A DNA stretch of 64,000 nt. It comes from Raillietiella orientalis (lineage: Eukaryota). The DNA lies in NCBI GenBank assembly GCA_036172245.1, contig JAYWIR010000050.1, positions 1,054,001 through 1,118,000 on the forward strand, written 5' to 3'. A program made the position numbers and the translations under genes. The notes under the pieces are model-generated. The model did not search any database. It was not told the DNA's origin and saw only the letters and a program-made list of their open reading frames with translations. Shown piece after piece: positions 13,401-26,969 of the stretch (the stretch's first letter is position 1; each line of letters opens with the position of its first letter).

Positions 13401-16400
13401 TTCGGAACAAGTTCGTTCTAGACGATTTGGCTAATGAGCTGTTTCCACTTGGAATTATCAAGAATTTCGTTCCTGTTCACCCAACTGCATGAAATTGAAA
13501 TCTGATTGCCGTTTTTCGTGAAAAAGCATAGTAAAATTTATGAAATGCTTCTTGGGCGGAAATAGACAATGAGCATTTTCTTATAATATTTCATTGGCCT
13601 TTCTTATGATGTAAGTGGAAACGTATTGATCATTTCATACACTCTTATTTGACTTTTGGATTGTTAACCAGAAGCTTTCCTATCTATACGTTATCATGTT
13701 CTACCTCACTCCATTGAAGTACCATTTAGTGAACTCTTGACTATTAGACTTCAACTTTCTTGCTGTTATTGCCTCTAATTTTTGCTCTCATGTTCTCATG
13801 ATATTCTTCTTCTATCAAATAAACCATTATAAATTAAGCACAGAATTTCAAAAAAATGTTTTTGCTTGTATCGGAAATTCCATCTACTTTGACTGAAGTT
13901 AGTGCACTTAAAATAAAAGAAAACATCATCTCAAGATTCTTTAGCTGACCAGTCAAGATATTTTTACCCGTATGTATACTTTTTTTCTTTTTGTCTCACT
14001 GAGCAGATCAGATGACTGCTTCTTCTACACCAGAATATCCAGGATATGCAGGCTGCCCATTTCTTCTTAACCTAAGGCGTTATCCAAAATTGACATTTTG
14101 AACAATAAGGCATGTAACATCCAATCTCTTTCAGAACGAAAGAAAGTTTCTAAGGCGGAGCCAACTGTTGTGGGTGCCTTCAACTCTATCACAACTACGA
14201 ACTAGCCTGCACCTGGTAATCACTGTCGACAACCTCACAGGAATAAGATGAAAAGGATGATGTCAGGAACACCTCTGAGTTGAGACGATAATTTGTCTTT
14301 GCTATCTCGGTACCAGTGATTAGTACAAATTTTTAGTCTTTCCTTCCACAAATTCGAAGCGTGTCGATGATTGCAAACAACCTTTCGCGAATTCCAGTGT
14401 AAAGCTCGAAGGTCTGGTTGTGTGTCCTAGAACGATGACCCAAGCTTCTTCCTATAGGTATTATTAAAAAGGTGAGAGAGCCACTAAAATTTTCAATTTC
14501 GTGAACACCTACAAACTTACTGTTTCCTATGTTGCCAAAGATAGCATCTGCATCACGAAGTTGGATGACTTCTCGAAAGCAAAATATACATCGTATTCAT
14601 AAGCAATCAATTCACTTTAGAATTATTCAAGTTGGAATTCAGCATCCAACAAAAGTATAATGATGAAAGAATAAAAGCGTATTTCTGAAACAAGTTAAGA
14701 AACACAACTTTCACTGGACACAAATGCAGGATCCAGTTCGCTGTCAAATATTCTGAATCGGTTTATGATCACATTTGATCCAGCTAATCCCATCTTAATT
14801 ACTCATCTTACTGTGTCGATGAACAAGTGTTCCATTACTTCCAAACAATAATTTGAACTAGAGAACACTGAGAATTCATAAGCCTCCTTTGCAGCAGTAA
14901 GAGAACTTTGTTGACGCTTTTTACTGCAATATGAATTTACAGCTTATTCAAGTACATATTCTTGCTTATTTTGCTGTTCATAAATTGTGACATCCAGAAT
15001 TTTAGTGTATAAGAATTTAGCTTACTCTGACCAAGGCAGTTTGGAGAACTCCTCAGCACTATCTAATTATGCAAGGAATTTCTCAACGATGAAGAAACCC
15101 AGAATTTCTTTAAATGGAAAGATAAGTTCAAATGATTCGTTACAACACGTGCTACAAACTCGCATTACGATTACCAAATAATGAAATGTTTTCAAACTAC
15201 GGGAAATCTAAATAGAAAACCTCAAAATATTGGAAAATTGAGAACACATCCAGTACTGAAATTTTCTCTGCTCCATTAAAGCTTATAATGAGAGAAATCG
15301 AAAACATAGAAACGAAACTCGCAATCAGTTTCTCAAAACAAATACGTTTCTTCAAGAGAATACCAAATGTAAAAGGTGTTTTTTTCTCCATATAATATAT
15401 AAGATCATCGATCAGTACCAAAAATTCAAGATTGTCTCTAGTGGAACGAGAAGTAATAATGAATGTTTTAGATTTAAAGCTATTTTATATCAAGGAATTG
15501 AAAATATAAGTACAAGATAATATCAGGAATTTTGTTTTCAAGAAAGTAAAACATGATAAATTTTCAATGCCTGAATACTGGATTAAAGAGCTGGATTAAC
15601 GCACTTGCTTCATCTTTCAAAATTTTCTTCCACAACATAGGAACATATGGAAAACGAGCTCAATGTCATAAATAATGGAAATCCATGATGAATATGTGAA
15701 TATAATTTGCTAGCTAAGTACTGATAAAACAAGAAACTTGAATTTGTTTACACATGTCAACTTTTTCATGGGGCATTTATGGCCTTTTTCGTACATTTAA
15801 GTTTTCTTATACTGTGAAAAAAATCCACGATATTTTTACACAACTTGTGTTTTATGGTTGCTTATTAATATGGGAAAAGAAGTCGCACCCATGTGTGAAA
15901 TATAAATTATTCTACCTTCCGAGACATCTGGCACGATTCTTGCCAACACATGAGGAAAAATAAATTTTGTATGAAAGAATCAAATGCAAATAACATAGCG
16001 GCTGCCTGTAAAACAATTTAGCCAATTATTTGACTAGACTTCGAGACGTGTAGAGAGCATCAACTGTCACCTTATGAATTCATTTATTATTAAATAGGCA
16101 ATGTCCACTGAATTGGAAGACATTTATTTAGGGAAGTAAATAACACTCAAAAGTAACCTCCACTAGAGATTTTGCATCACTTGTGGATATTTTCAATAAA
16201 TACAGTAGATTTTTGGATTTAAAGTCTCTCTAGAGTTATCTGTAAAGTTAGCTTTCAAAATCGTCTATTACATTTTCTTATAGAACGAAAAGTTCGAATT
16301 TAAAAAACATCGAAATTACATTTTGCAGCCATTTCTGTTTCAAGAAATATTTTTCATTACATTTTAATGAATAACTGATCTGAAAAAAATAACAAAAACT

Positions 16401-17057
16401 TATTTGAGTGCTGTATTCAGAAAGACAGAATGGAATCCTATTAATAATGCTTAATGAAAGAAAATTTTCACCATTGGAAAAGGAAGCTTCATGGAGAGAA
16501 TGCTAACTTCCACTGGAACAATTCGAGGTCAATGACTATTGCATCACTTGCTATATAGAAGGGAGTAAAGCAATTCTTTTTTAATCGTCTTGAGAATTAT
16601 TATTTTGATAGTTCTAAAAAGCAGTCAATTAATTTTTTTTAGTTTTACGTATGATTTTTGAATATTAATTTTAAATCTTTTAATGTTCTGATATTATTGT
16701 GAACTGGGTTTGCGTGTAATGATTATTGTGTTCGATTTGTTGTGTGTTAAAAGCATGGAAAATGAATTTGATCCATATTACGCATGTGTGGCCGTAAGAA
16801 TAGTAAATCGTTAATTGTGCTGAATGAATTAATTAGTTATAAATGTGATACTGATGGGCTTGAACCGATAAAAGTAGGATTAGTGACTTGCGCAAACAGT
16901 GTAGATATTAATTTTGTTGGAATTTCGACATTCTTTTTAAAATAGAAGTATTGAAAATTAGTCGAGCATTTCTGCATCATTCGTTTGTCTGCACATAATT
17001 TTTGTGTCTGCTCGCGTATTCTTATTTTCAGCTTTCGCTTTAATTTCTAGAGGAAGC

Positions 17058-19409
17058 ATGGCCCAAGCTATCAATGTAAAATCTGTAGCAACAAATGATA
17101 ACATGAGTAGACATGATTATTTGGCTTGGGTAAATGAATGCTTACAATCTTCGTACTCAAAAATAGAAGATATGTGCACTGGTGCAGCTTACTGTCAATT
17201 CATGGATATGATGTTCCCAGGTGACTGCCTTTAATTTGCTGTATCATGTATCCCAAATCACAAATTGTCACGTTAAAGTCTATTAGAGAGAGCAGTGTCA
17301 AATCATTTTGCTTGTCCATAATCATTCTTGTGAGCACCCTCTACATTGTGTGTTATGACACGGAATTGTAGGAATAAAACTTCCCTATTCAGAGCAGCTG
17401 ATCAAAAATACGTGCATTATCTGATGGTTGTAAACAAAATCCTAGGTTCATGTGACAAAAAATGTCGAGCAATAGAACCTTGGTGCTCTGTGAAAAAACT
17501 GTTTTAATTTCTTATATCTTTTTTCATGGGTTTTTTTATTGATTATTTGTGGTACCTGTGTTTGCTGTTTTTTTTCCTTGCAGCTGACTAGGGTACAATG
17601 GACTTAATGAAAGTACTAGTGTCTTGAAAGAAAATCAAAATAACTTTTCATTTTCCGGATACAAGTTGAAATTGTTTGTATTTCAAAGTTCCAGCCATTC
17701 TGATGACTTGTAAATTGTATGACTTTTTATGAAACCGAAAACAATGTAAACACTGAACCATAGACTCAGACTTTGTAGAAAATAATAATGTCGTTTAGGT
17801 ACAAATGTATGAAGTAATTGAATTAAAAATACGAAACTGTAGTTGATGATGCTTTAAATGGGAATGGAGATTTTTTTTTTTCCGTTTTTTCAGAATGGTG
17901 TTGTATTTTCTCTTTAGATTTGCAAGTTACAATCAGTTTATATGATAATTATCTCAATGGATTAATAAGTTTTCAGTTCAAATTAAAAAAAAAAGTGTAT
18001 TCTTCTATGTGTTTTTTTGTTTTTATATTTGTAATTCAATTCGTTTATGGTTTAGCATCAGTGATTAGCACATGTAGCATAGCCGTTTTCTTCCTCCATG
18101 TTACTAATGAGGCTATTTGAATGTATTCTATCATCCACTTTTGTTATGAAGGTTGATGTGTACTTCCAGTTTTTTTGGCAAAAGACCTGGAAAGTAAAAC
18201 TAATGTTTGATCATGTAAGCTCTTCTATATGGGTTTGTTTAGTTTCTTTAAAGTATCTTACTTGTCTCATTTTATTGTGGTTCTAATGAATGCATTAAAA
18301 ACACAAGTCAATGAAATTCACTGAGCTCTCAATAGAATGCACATTCAAAAATTTGTGTAAGAATCTAATTTTGGTACAGTTGTTTTGTTTCCTGTAAATT
18401 ATTTTTCGTAATTTCCCATACGCTTTATAGAAATATGTTGTACTGCAATTGAATATAAGTTGTGTGCGTATTTGGAACAGCATACTATGCATCCCGCATA
18501 TATAATTTTGTAATTTATGACATTCAAAAAATGTTCATTTAATGTTCTAATTTTTGCAGGTAGTATTCCTTTAAAGCGAGTCAAATTTCGGAGTAATCTG
18601 GAACATGAATATATCCAAAATTTCAAATTGGTTCAAGCAGCTTTCCGAAAATACAATGTTGACAAAGTTGTATTTCATGTTTTTTGATATGCTCTTAATT
18701 CTGTTTTCATAGAATATACCTGTGGATAGATTAGTCAAAGGAAAATTCCAAGACAATTTCGAATTTTTGCAATGGTTTAAAAAATTTTTTGATGCTAATT
18801 ATGATGGCAGAGAATATGATGCATATTATGCTCGTGGAGGAGAACCTGTTGGACCACCTGGGATGCAAATTCAACCACGGAGATCAAATGGCCGTGTATC
18901 ACAGTCTTTCCAAGGTTTGAAGGGAAACTTGTAAGATTGTGCAGTTATAATGTGTTCATATTTATTTGTTGCAATAGCCCCCAGAGTATCAGAGGCACGT
19001 CCAGTTGGTAATGCTACTCGTATGCCAGGCTCTGTAACTTCCAAAATGCAGCTGATGGGGGCAAGTGGAGACAATCGCAAATTAGAGGAGCTAAACTTTC
19101 AGGTATGTAAAACTCATTATCAAGTTTGACTCTATGGCCCTTTTCAGCTGACAGAATTGAGATTGACTGTTGAAGGACTGGAAAAAGAAAGAGACTTCTA
19201 TTTTGGGAAGCTACGTGAGATTGAAGTATTATGTCAGGATCAGGATGCAGACCATGATCCCTTTATCAAGCAAGTCACAGACATACTCTATGCAACAGAA
19301 GTGAGTATGTGAAATCTAGACTATCCAACTGGCACATTTGTAGGATGGGTTTGCGATTCCCGAGGATGTAGAAGAAGAAAATGTTCCACTTCCTTTGGAT
19401 GATTACTGA
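17058..19409 (+). CDS. MAPRE1: Microtubule end-binding protein EB1; exons 17058-17220, 18560-18666, 18713-18914, 18978-19102, 19148-19300, 19344-19409
   Basis: CH domain ([46 protein letters not shown]), EB homology domain ([26 protein letters not shown]) and acidic tail ending DDY*. All introns are GT-AG and in frame. Confidence 0.95.
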
Positions 19410-19552
19410 ATCTCTTTACAATATAAAGTATTAATGAAAATGCTATTTAAGGACAATGTGCCCTTAATGTATCCATGTGGGAGGCATTAGCCGCATAATA
19501 TACACCACTGTTATGTTGAATTGATTGATTCTTTTGATCATGTTTTGTGTAG

Positions 19553-20218
19553 GATTGTCTGATAGGCATCGCTTTTCGTGATTATGTTCTGTTGGCTGCA
19601 GATCGTACTGCAGCACATAGCATTATCGCATACAAACGTGATGAGGATAAAACATACAAGTTAGCTGATCATTTGTTATTGGCAGCTGCTGGTGAACCAG
19701 GAGATGCCGATCAGTTTGCTGAATTCGTAGAAAAAAACGTAGCACTTTACCGTTTGCGTAATGGTTATGATGTTAGCCCAGCAGAGGCAGCACATTGGAC
19801 TAGACGTCATTTAGCAGAAGCATTACGAAGCAGGAATCCTTATCATGTTAATCTTTTGCTAGCAGGGCATGATGCTGAGAAAGGGCCACAGCTCTTTTAT
19901 TTGGACTACTTGGCTACTTTGGTAAACCTTCCATATGCTGCCCATGGCTATGGAGGTTTCTTTTCCCTGGCTGTACTGGATCGTTTCCATAAGCCTGGTA
20001 AGTGTTGCTAACGAAAACATTTCATGGTTGTAGATATGACACTGGAGGAGGGATATCACTTGATGAAACAGTGTATTATGGAAGTTCAAAAACGATTAAT
20101 TATCAGCATGCCTGATTTTCAAGTTCAACACGTTAGTGCTGAAGGTGTACGTGCTCTTCCAGACATCAGTTTTCATCAGCTTACCCCAAGTGAAACATCA
20201 AAAATCAGTACTTTTTAA
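19553..20218 (+). CDS. PSMB2: Proteasome subunit beta type-2 (beta4); exons 19553-19997, 20034-20218; start codon unresolved
   Basis: DCLIGIAFRDYVLLAAD, GEPGDADQFAEFVEKNVALYRLRNGY, LRSRNPYHVNLLLAG, AHGYGGFF, EVQKRL; one 36-nt GT-AG intron. Confidence 0.93.
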
Positions 20219-20249
20219 GATGTATTAAAAGTTTTGATATCCAGATATC

Positions 20250-21906
20250 TCAGTTGTAAAAAGGATTATATGTTACCCAGTGAGCCTCATGCTTTTTCTG
20301 AGCACTTGGGTGACTTGTGAAAATTGATTTGTAAGTTTCACTACAACAGGGATCCTTTGCAACAGTATAAGAAGGATGACACTTTGAAATGCTTGTTTCA
20401 TTCTGCCCTGACGATAGTTTTGATTTTTTTACTTGTTCAAGGCTGTTTGATGTAGATTCCCTCTTTTTTTGTGATCGACAATTCAGGTTTTCTAACATTT
20501 TTTCTGCTTCTTCCTCGTTTGGATTAAGAATAATGACATCATCTTTGTTAAAAGGCTGCTGACACTAATGCAAATCGATTACCATCAGAAAGCTCGTACT
20601 GTTTTACCTTGTGACATGTGCTAGTGGGAATATGTTGTAATGAGCGAACAGAGAATGCACATCCACAGCTCCACAAATAGCAAAATTTATAATTTCCGTT
20701 CATTTCAAGTCCTGCCACAGGACAAATATAAGGAGAGATGTTAGGGTCTACATAAACATCGCCCTTGTCAGGTCCATGATCTTTGTAAGCTGGATTTGGA
20801 GTTAGATTCAAAACTTTAACATCCTGAAAAATTATCTAATACAGGAGTGCAATCATCACAGTAAGTACCTTGAGGCTTCGAATATGACTTATAATATCAG
20901 ATTTGCAAGACCGATTCAACAAAGCTTCAATGAGCTTATCTTTGTTGTATATTCTACCCAGTTTGCATGCAACTATGGGAGGATTGAGTTTCTCTTGACT
21001 CAAGGCACAATGCTGCCATCGGAAAACTTGCTCTGCTATTTTATCTTTCTATAAAATAAATAAAAACAATTAAAAATAAGATTTCTTTGAAATAATTCTA
21101 AAGATACACTTAGTTTTTGTTTAGGAAATAGTGATCCCAATAAATTTCTGTCTCTAATACGAAAAGCTATTAACAATTACCAATTACTGATACACAACAA
21201 GTATTTAATAAAAATGCTAAATTTCATAAATCATAGGCCTATGATAACTTTGATCACATTTTTCGGGAATTGAAAAAAAATGAATTACAACAAAACAAGG
21301 TTTCTACAAAAAAGCTACGTTTTGCAAATAAAAAATTATATTCATTCAGAGATTCACATATTATTCTCTTCAAGTTTTCTAAAAAGGCTATCAGAAAAGG
21401 ATTGACCAATCAAGCTCTTCAAACTGCATGCATGAGTTTAGTGAAACACTTGCAAACATAACATTTTTAAATTGAGGTCTTACTTCATATTTATTCAATT
21501 AAATGGCTGTTCAGACACTAACAGACTACAACTCATCAATGCTGGACACCTTCAGAATAATTTAAAGAACTTCTACAAACAACATCTTGTCCTTTCCTGA
21601 ACAAATCATCCATTAATAAGGATGACCTGAAGTACACAATAAACAAAGCCCATACGTATAATAAGTTTTTTCGTTTGGATTCCACCTTGTTTGTCAAACA
21701 TATTGGTTTGAAAACTTTATCATGTAGAAATCCTACCAGTGGCATGCTTTGAAAAAGTGCACTGCCAAATTACCCATATATCTATATATGTATATCGACA
21801 ACTTACACATGACACACAAACTACATGGAACAGTTACCTGCTCTGGCTTCTGTTTTGTCTTGACCAGCTCGTCCCTCTTGGGGATGGTTCCACCGTCGCA
21901 TCCCAT
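20250..21906 (-). CDS. RTF2: Replication termination factor 2; exons 21906-21838, 21048-20869, 20823-20608, 20564-20250
   Basis: MGCDGGTIPKRDELVK start, WQHCALSQ, LGRIYNKD, YICPVAGLEMNGNYKF, CGCAFS, YKSIFTSH and HWVTYNPFYN end; canonical in-frame introns. Confidence 0.95.
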
Positions 21907-24900
21907 TTAGTTCGTAGATAATTAATATCGGTAAAGTATTCAAATCATAAGAAAACAAAAGTTCTTAGCACAAGTATCGACCCCACAGAGAATGTCGCAC
22001 TACTGAAGTAAAGTAAAGCCGAAAAAGTACCATTTCTCTATGGTGTGATTAATATCTTGCATAGAATTATACAAAATTCTGCGCCATTTTATATGATTAC
22101 TGAAATACTTTCAGATACGAAATTCACGATCTACAAAACTAGCTGTGTGTACAAGGTAAATTCAAGAAATTCATTACAGCTATAATGTGTGAACACGGCA
22201 ACCACACCATTTTATTCGTTCTTTCATTCAGTAACTTTATTTACAAAAAAAAAACCATAAAAACAATGCATATACTCTCTTGCTCGGAAATCAAAAAAGC
22301 TTTGTGAATGGAATCATCAAACATGAAACCGAAAACTGATACACAACTTAGTGTTTTTTAGGCAGTAAAGCACAACCTTAACATGCTCAACTAAAAAATT
22401 AAAAAAAGAGTATTTGTAATGTCTCAGAAATAAGGACAAAAATTTCACGATTTAGGACTGAAAAGCATGATCACTTACCTGGGAAATATATAAAAAAGCA
22501 TATACACACTAAATTATTTCTCTTACTAATGCAATTAGTATACGTTAGTAAAGTCTCTTACGAATAAATATTAATAATCCGAACAGATTCAGGGAATAGG
22601 ATTTGAATATATTAAAAAACATTTCAGTTCATGAAAATACGACTCGTCAATAATATCGTTGCAAAGCATTTTTGTTGTTTGAAAATCTAGCAATGAGCTC
22701 AAAGGAAATAAATCAGTTCGTTGCGGATGTTGTGTACATAACATAAAGTGGAAAAACCAGAAAATTTGAAGAAAAAAAATCTCATTCGACAGCTGTAGAA
22801 ACGATCGAATAATGGCAACATCATCCACGACTGGGTCATGACTAGTAAATAATTTCAGAATGGTAAATTATGACCCTTGGATGTGCATATGTACAGGATG
22901 TGCGTACGTATACATTTATTTCCATTCCATATAATTTGAAAATGGAATGGAAAGGAATATGCATATCATAAAATATGCATTTATGCATGTAGAACATTCA
23001 CATGTGCATTCACATTTCCATGCAGTATACATATGCAATATAAATTACATTTCTTTCGGTAAAATTAGCAAAGCTTGGATTTCATAAAAAAGAGTATAAT
23101 AATAAATGCAATTCAGTTTTTTACTGGAATATGTATAGTATTCCATTTTAGCATGCTTCAAGAAACTTCAGAGCTTTATCATCAACTTGATGTTCGAGAC
23201 ATATTCGAAAAGGAAATAAAAAGTGTTTCTAAATTGTTTTCCGTTCTGTGCTTGTATCCGTGGTAGTTGATTTCTTCTAAAGTTCTACACATAAAAGTAT
23301 GTTAAAAACAGAAAATTACACATGACGTAAGGCGATTCCATCATATTTTCCTGTCTTGTCTACTCAGCGCTTTTTGTGATTTTCGGAGATTGTTTTATTA
23401 TGGGGAATAACCCATCCCTTGCTTCCAGTACATTTGCAGTACATATCTTAAGGAAAAATTATCCCTGAATAATTTTTCCTTGAATGATGTGACATACATA
23501 GGAACTCCTGAACGACTTTTTCAAATTGCCGAGGGGTAGGTGTAGGGGGAGCTTTTCGCGATCCGGACAGCTTCTTCGAACTGTTTTCTCGGTGTCCTTT
23601 TAGAATGTGGACAGCTACAGAATTATTGACGGTGGCGCACATGATGCCCTCAGTAGATCAGTCGGAAGTGCTGGATGTCGCTAGAAACAGTTACGTTCCT
23701 ATGGTGGTCTGCTTGTCTGTTCTTCAGGAGTTTGTCGTTAGCGGGATCCTATGCTCAGAAAGACCACACAATGAGAGCGTGCATAGAACCGGGCACTCCT
23801 TTGCACAAGTGCATACCAAGATTCCAGTGCTTTCTCCCTTTCCTTATTTCGACACTATCCAAAGCTATTGCTTGGAACCATCCCTGGAGTACTGTACATT
23901 GGAAAACACTGTTTTTTTCTGATGTGATTCGCCTCCGAAATTTTCAGTTCCCTCAATACTTCGTCGTATTCAGGATCACCAGATCCCAGAGATCCTATCT
24001 ACCGTGTAGTGGCTTTAACAGTCGCAGGAACCTTACGAGCTTACTTTTAAGAGCCAACCTCCGATTACATTTGCTCTTCATTTGTGTTGCCTTTTCCAGC
24101 ACCGATGATGATAAAAGAAGCACGCGACGTTCATGATGATACATCTTCTCCAAGGAGCAGCAGATGCGGCTCCAGCTTTAGGTCTCTCCCCCGAATAGGT
24201 TGATTGGAGACAACTATCTCGATTGCATGGCTCTTTCCAATCATCGCCCGGCTGTCGATGCAGCTATTGGAGAAAGTGTTTCGTGGAGATTTTTCCATTT
24301 TCTGCACAGCAGATCAGCGGCTTTATGGTGAGCGATGCTTATGCAGCCAGGGAGTTAGGTCGCTTTGCATGAATGAATATTCGAAGGGAAAGTGCTAGGC
24401 GTTATGTGTTTGATAGAAAATGCTCTGACGCTCGGCACTGCTTAACACAGCCCGAGGCTTTTCCTTGAGGCGTGTGTTTTGTGACATGGGACCGCATGCT
24501 GCCTTGCGTTGAACTGTGCTCGGTCTGCCGGCAATTTTCTTCCCATGTGCGTGTGGAATGTGCACTCACCAAACATGATTCTTGCTCCTTTCTCGAACGT
24601 CCATTTCACCTGAACTAAGCTGGACAGTGATTTCTATCCAGATGTTTTCCATGTTGCTTGACTTAAAATGCGGATCTTCGTACGTTGTCGCCGTTTCTAT
24701 GGTTTCCTTTTCAACGCTGAACGTCACGTCCTTCGATATGCATCTTTCATTGCCATACCCAGACAGGGTTAATCGTGTGAAAGAACTATCAGCAATGAAT
24801 GGAGTTGTCGACTTCGTCAGACAGATTGGAAAGGTAACTGCAGCATCCTGAGGATGGTAAAGAGGGTGGTGAAGCAAATGTCAGAAAAGGAGTTTTTCCA

Positions 24901-26969
24901 TGAGATCGAGGTATGTCTGGTTTTACAAACTATGAGGCTACATTTAATGTTTCTTGCAATGTTGAAACTGAGAAAAGTCCTTGTTTCCTTACAAGAAAAT
25001 GAAAAGAAAACTAAACGAACTCGCTTCATATGTTGTCCAGTTAAACAAGTTTTCCTCTCTTGAATTTTTCGCCATGCCTCATGCCATTAAGTCTATCTCT
25101 CAATTATAGGAATCTTCTAATCATGCATTTCTGAATGTGGAAAGAATCAGTAAATGGTAGAACTGTTGGGATTTCAGTATGGATTTCGAAGGCAGCTAAT
25201 CCCCAGCTACATACTCATAGATTGTCCCCTGATCGCACAAGACGATTCATGCGTTATCTGGTTTCAATAATTGGATCTTATGGAGAACTTGATTTCTGTG
25301 CATGATTTATGCTTAAGCTTGAGAACAAAGAACTAGGTACTGCCACCTCCTAGGTTTCCCCTCCATGCCTTAGTTTTGATCAGAGAATTATTGTAAAGTC
25401 AGATTTTCTTTTATTTATAATGTTATGAAGATAACAGTGGAGTGTTTTGCCTTGGATGTCAAAGAAATAGTGCACATACTTATTTGGTTTCGTTTGCTTT
25501 GTTTACATTTTCTCGATGGGAACACTGAAGGGTTGGCGTGCGACAACCGTCCGAAATTCCACATATTGATGAATATCCTTCACCCCAACCACTGTTGAGT
25601 TTCTTATGTGACCACGTGTGCATTTGACCCAACAAAGGGGCACAACACATAGGTGTAGCTACTATGCACATAAACTTAGATTTTCCAACAAAACCAGATG
25701 CTGAACCGTCTCTTCAAGGAAACATTTATGATACTCAGAAGTTAAACACAAAACACTCAAAGAGCATTTCATGATGTAAAGTAACAGTATTTTTGTAAAA
25801 CTACGACAAACACAAACTTGCCTAGTGTGAGTCGGAGTAGTAGTTACAGATTCTGACAATCCACAGATCTCATCTAGATTTTCATATGAATATCTACATA
25901 ATCTATTTTATCGAATTTCGAAAAACATCGACGAAAAAGAATTCATGCCTTGATAGTTTTGGATATAAATCGTAGCTGTAATGAATTATATTCAGAAGGG
26001 TCTATAGGATCAGGATTTAGTTAGTGCTGATTTTTGTTTTTAAACCAACGTCAATAGAAATGAAATCTGCTTATTCCATTAATCGGTACTTTGAAAAGCA
26101 GGCCGCCTACAAGAGCTAATTCAATTTCTTGGAATGCACACATCTTGTATTGTTTTCATTTCAGAGATGACTGGCTTTATTATTTACAGGCACTTGTAGG
26201 TGAAATCAACAATCAAAGGAAAAATGATTACCCAGAGATCATTAAAAAATAACGGTCATGCTCTATTCCATGGGTTTACTAGGAAAACATTTGAAAAATT
26301 GATGAAATGTTCATGAAATTCTATAACGAATGCACTACTGCTGTACCACTGTATGATTAAGGATTGCAACTTTCCTGATTCTCATCAGCAAATTGCTTGT
26401 GAAACAGAGTGCAACTATAAAATTATTTTTCTACTTGAACTATAGACTTCCACGTAAAGTGACATGGCCAAATTCCTTTACCTACTCCAATGTGCTGCTG
26501 TGTATGCAACAACATTGGGTTTTATTCTTGTCAAAGTTGTAATAAGTATATTATGCTATAAAACAGATATGGAGGAATACACTCCCAGCAAACTTCAATG
26601 TGGAATGAGAAAAAAGATCGCATCAAAGTTAAATTAATCCAAGCTTTTTGGTCAATCCCCATTCCAAGAAAAAAGAAAGAAGAAAAGGAAAAGAAAAGAA
26701 TCTCGCGCATTTGGCTTGCACGAATTTTTAAATGTCCATGTTGTCTGAGATATCCTATTCTAGAAATAATGCAATGCAGTTTCCAGAAGCTCTAAATAAC
26801 CAGGGGCATGTACAGCAGACAGTTCTTTCAAGATATGGCCCCAATCAGTTTTCTATTTGTTGTCAAATATTTTTTTTTTGAACTACTCAGTTGAATGTGC
26901 TGATTGATGTATGTTGCCACAATGGTACATCCCATGAGATTAAATTTATGTATGTTTCTCATATGTTTT

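Noticed and set aside
14040..15450. Decayed coding-like or viral sequence
   Set aside because: No long ORF and no recognisable motif.
17701..17756. Intronic C/D box snoRNA (TGATGA...CTGA)
   Set aside because: Short, no convincing terminal stem, no recognisable guide.
22473..22482. acttacctgg resembling the U1 snRNA 5' end
   Set aside because: No U1 body follows; it is simply a minus-strand donor-like sequence.
23300..25060. Possible transposase remnant (ATTYEDPHFK, like hAT ATxLDPRFK)
   Set aside because: A single weak motif with no termini.
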